Notes under the pieces: model-generated
The model's input: only the letters and a program-made list of their open reading frames with translations
Databases searched by the model: none
What the model was told of the DNA's origin: nothing
Translations under genes and position numbers: made by a program
Source: Gordius albopunctatus
Taxonomy: Eukaryota
NCBI GenBank assembly: GCA_964276515.1
Contig: OZ193909.1
Coordinates: 18,228,001 to 18,292,000, forward strand
Length of the DNA stretch: 64,000 nucleotides
Direction: 5' to 3'
Part shown: positions 63,129 to 64,000 of the stretch, one piece after another
How the letters are laid out: each line of letters starts with the position of its first letter
How positions within the stretch are numbered: position 1 is the stretch's first letter

Positions 63129-63330
63129 ATAACCTTGCAAGTCGGGAAGCTGGTGTAAATAACTTGGTGGACGACGGACGGACGGACAACAAAAAACGAG
63201 CCCATAAATTGCATATCAATTAAAATTGGAATTAGGATATAGAATATAAATGGCATATAGTTTTATGAAAAGACCTGGATTTGTATTATGAACTTATAGT
63301 GTTAGTCGAGTAAACATAAAAAGCCAAAGG

Positions 63331-63527
63331 GAAAAACAGCTGATTAAAAAATATAATACTTTTTTGTTAAAAATTCGGATTGACATTAATTTTCAAATAA
63401 ATAAAAACAAAAAAGGGTTTTTTCAAATTGAACGAACGTTAAATTCGAACGCGTTCATCAAAAAAAGGAACGCGTTCACGTTCAAAGTTCACCAAAAAAT
63501 AAAAGAACGCGTTCATTTACAGCACTA
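63331..63527 (-). mobile_element. Solo terminal fragment of the hAT family at 15291-18303
   Basis: Matches 18082-18303, including the GAACGCGTTC repeats and the TTTACAGCACTA terminus. Confidence 0.9.
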
Positions 63528-64000
63528 GTTTTTACTATATCATGTTAAAAGCCAAGCACGGCTAAAAATAATAATGGTATTATCGGCGAAAAAACTCATG
63601 AGGTATTAACCTACAAAATTAACCCTGTTTGCTAAACTTTTTCCTAAATTACCATTCACACGCTATTAAGTACGCTAAAATTGTCTTTTCTTTTTTTAAT
63701 AGTTTCTCGAAATTATGTATCTAGTAGGTATAATGACTAATTTTATCTTTTTATAGCTATTTCAAGAATATAAACTCCGAGTCGAGTAAGTTGCTTTATA
63801 AAGATGATTCTATAAATTTGTTCAGGACTCTTGGAAAGAAGAGTTGTAAAAATAGTGAGAGCCCGAGGTAAAACAAATATAATTTTAGTCACGAGGAGCC
63901 GTTGTGATTTATTAGGACTTTGCAATTACATAGACATGTGATGTGTTATTGTCAAACAAGGCTAGACATTAGGATAAAGTCGACAGTTGAATTTAGAGAA

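Overview
AT-rich (invertebrate-type) eukaryotic DNA with very short introns (about 43-60 nt). Two host genes, both on the minus strand: a single-coding-exon Sprouty (3540-4670) with a long upstream region rich in ETS/TCF motifs, and a short ADAMTS-like metzincin with at least 15 coding exons (47221 to >55442). The rest is largely transposon-derived. Main elements: an almost intact intron-containing hAT (15291-18303); a perfect 1.3-kb (TATG)n; and a 9.5-kb Ginger1 DNA transposon (integrase plus OTU domain, 26438-35901, ACGG TSD). The Ginger1 carries nested hAT, Penelope (hammerhead core, inverted pLTR) and RTE insertions; the RTE begins at a twister ribozyme and itself contains a MITE. Also present: decayed Gypsy pol, CRE-like and pogo remnants, a second internally deleted RTE, a foldback-like hAT with inverted minisatellite arms, a serpin fragment and many MITEs. 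The most unusual item is an 830-bp capsid(Gag)-only LTR retrotransposon with identical 90-bp LTRs (52147-52976). All calls come from reading the sequence by eye; no searches were run.
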